Part shown: positions 63,046 to 64,000 of the stretch, piece by piece
How positions within the stretch are numbered: position 1 is the first letter of the stretch
How the letters are laid out: each line of letters opens with the position of its first letter
Source: Octopus sinensis
Lineage: Eukaryota
Reading direction: 5' to 3'
Assembly: GCF_006345805.1 (NCBI RefSeq)
Contig: NC_043000.1
Span: forward strand, 49,414,001 to 49,478,000
Length of the DNA: 64,000 nt
Notes under the pieces: model-generated
Seen by the model: the letters and a program-made list of their open reading frames with translations, nothing else
The model's database searches: none
What the model was told of the DNA's origin: nothing
Program-made: the position numbers and the translations under genes

Positions 63046-63296
63046 CCACCCCAGCACCTATAGCCACTCCTGCACCTATATATATAGAGAGAGTTGCATT
63101 CCCTCGTGTTCCGTACAATGTAGTTATTATAGTAGTTTTGACTTTAAGAGTCCCTCCCAGCATGAGGCATTTATGTATAGTAATGCCCTTAATATAAATA
63201 AGTATATTTATAGGGAATTATTAATAAATTTTTCCCTTATGAAGTTTTTCACGCTAACTATTTGATAGGTTCTTATAAAGATTTTATCCTATATTT

Positions 63297-63335
<39 letters not shown>

Positions 63336-64000
63336 GTGTGTATGGATTTATATACATCTATATGTGTGTTGTGTGGTTACTTCGTTTAAACTGAATATAT
63401 ATTTATGCTTGTATGGGTTTATGTGGGTGTGTATATATATGAGTTCAATGGTATTCAAAAACATTGGTGTCTGTGTTATTGTAAAGATAATAGATTCACA
63501 TATACATGTCTATGTTTATATATATATACATATATAGACATATATATGAATATATATATATATATATTTATACACTCAAGCATATATATGATACATAAAT
63601 ACATGTATACAAATACGTACACTTCCATACATACAGGCATGTACAGACACATAGAAATCATGACCCTCTTTAATTCTTTTACTTTACACTAATATTAACC
63701 TCAGAAAGGTCATCAGCAAAGAGGTCAACACAAATTTATGATATCTAATGTATTGTTATGATTAAAAATACAAACAAAAGAGATGTTAATAATAATAATA
63801 ATATAATAATAATAATAATAATAATAAAAATAATGATAGTAACAGCAATAACAATGATGCTGATGGCAACAATGACGATGATGATGATGAAAAAGGTCAT
63901 TGTAAAATTGACCAAATGAAACAGTAGCAGTCAGGAAAGGAAAAAAGAAAAAAACATTATATATTTAACCAATAGATTTTTATATTTACATTGTTTATTT

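Larger units (their letters stand above)
253..63840. repeat. Very dense microsatellites throughout: (AT)n, (GT)n, (ATAG)n, (ATGT)n, (CAT)n, (ATT)n, (AG)n, (GAA)n
   Basis: Directly visible, e.g. 253-320, 405-460, 7405-7450, 20700-20760, 21055-21120, 45925-46020, 47700-47810, 63790-63890. Confidence 0.98.

Noticed and set aside
345-63692. Most of the supplied ORFs (YIYI, CVCV, HTHT, MYVC-rich peptides and recurring SINE-derived peptides such as ...YQIHSQGFG...EDTCPRCHAVGLNP...)
   Set aside because: They translate microsatellites or SINE consensus sequence that happens to lack stops; the same peptides recur with each repeat copy.

Overview
AT-rich, microsatellite- and SINE-dense eukaryotic DNA. 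The repeat families look like octopus (cephalopod) genomic repeats; this is inferred from recognition, not a database search. I find no confidently identifiable intact host gene, so the window is probably intronic or intergenic, and nearly all supplied ORFs are by-products of microsatellites or SINEs. Recognisable coding fossils are an RTE-type LINE C-terminus with three tandem C2H2 fingers (28088-29151), a Tc1 transposase remnant (~34600-34980), Penelope-like ORF remnants including a GIY-YIG endonuclease (50471-51700, 59538-59620), a CR1-group reverse transcriptase (52300-52834) and a rearranged mariner (61697-62322). The most interesting pattern is a set of hammerhead-ribozyme (HHR)-like motifs. 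Three have near-complete type I architecture: 10829-10911 (-), 43552-43614 (+) with its mirror 43434-43496 (-), and 48986-49020 (+). Two of these share a CCGANGA core variant and a GUU cleavage triplet. Long fold-back palindromes (1-141, 3009-3379, 6759-7143, 10617-10773, 31281-31941, 43411-43637) mostly turn around at or beside a hammerhead or hammerhead remnant. I infer a family of non-autonomous Penelope-pLTR/retrozyme-like fold-back elements. Catalytic activity is untested, and all structures were paired by eye.
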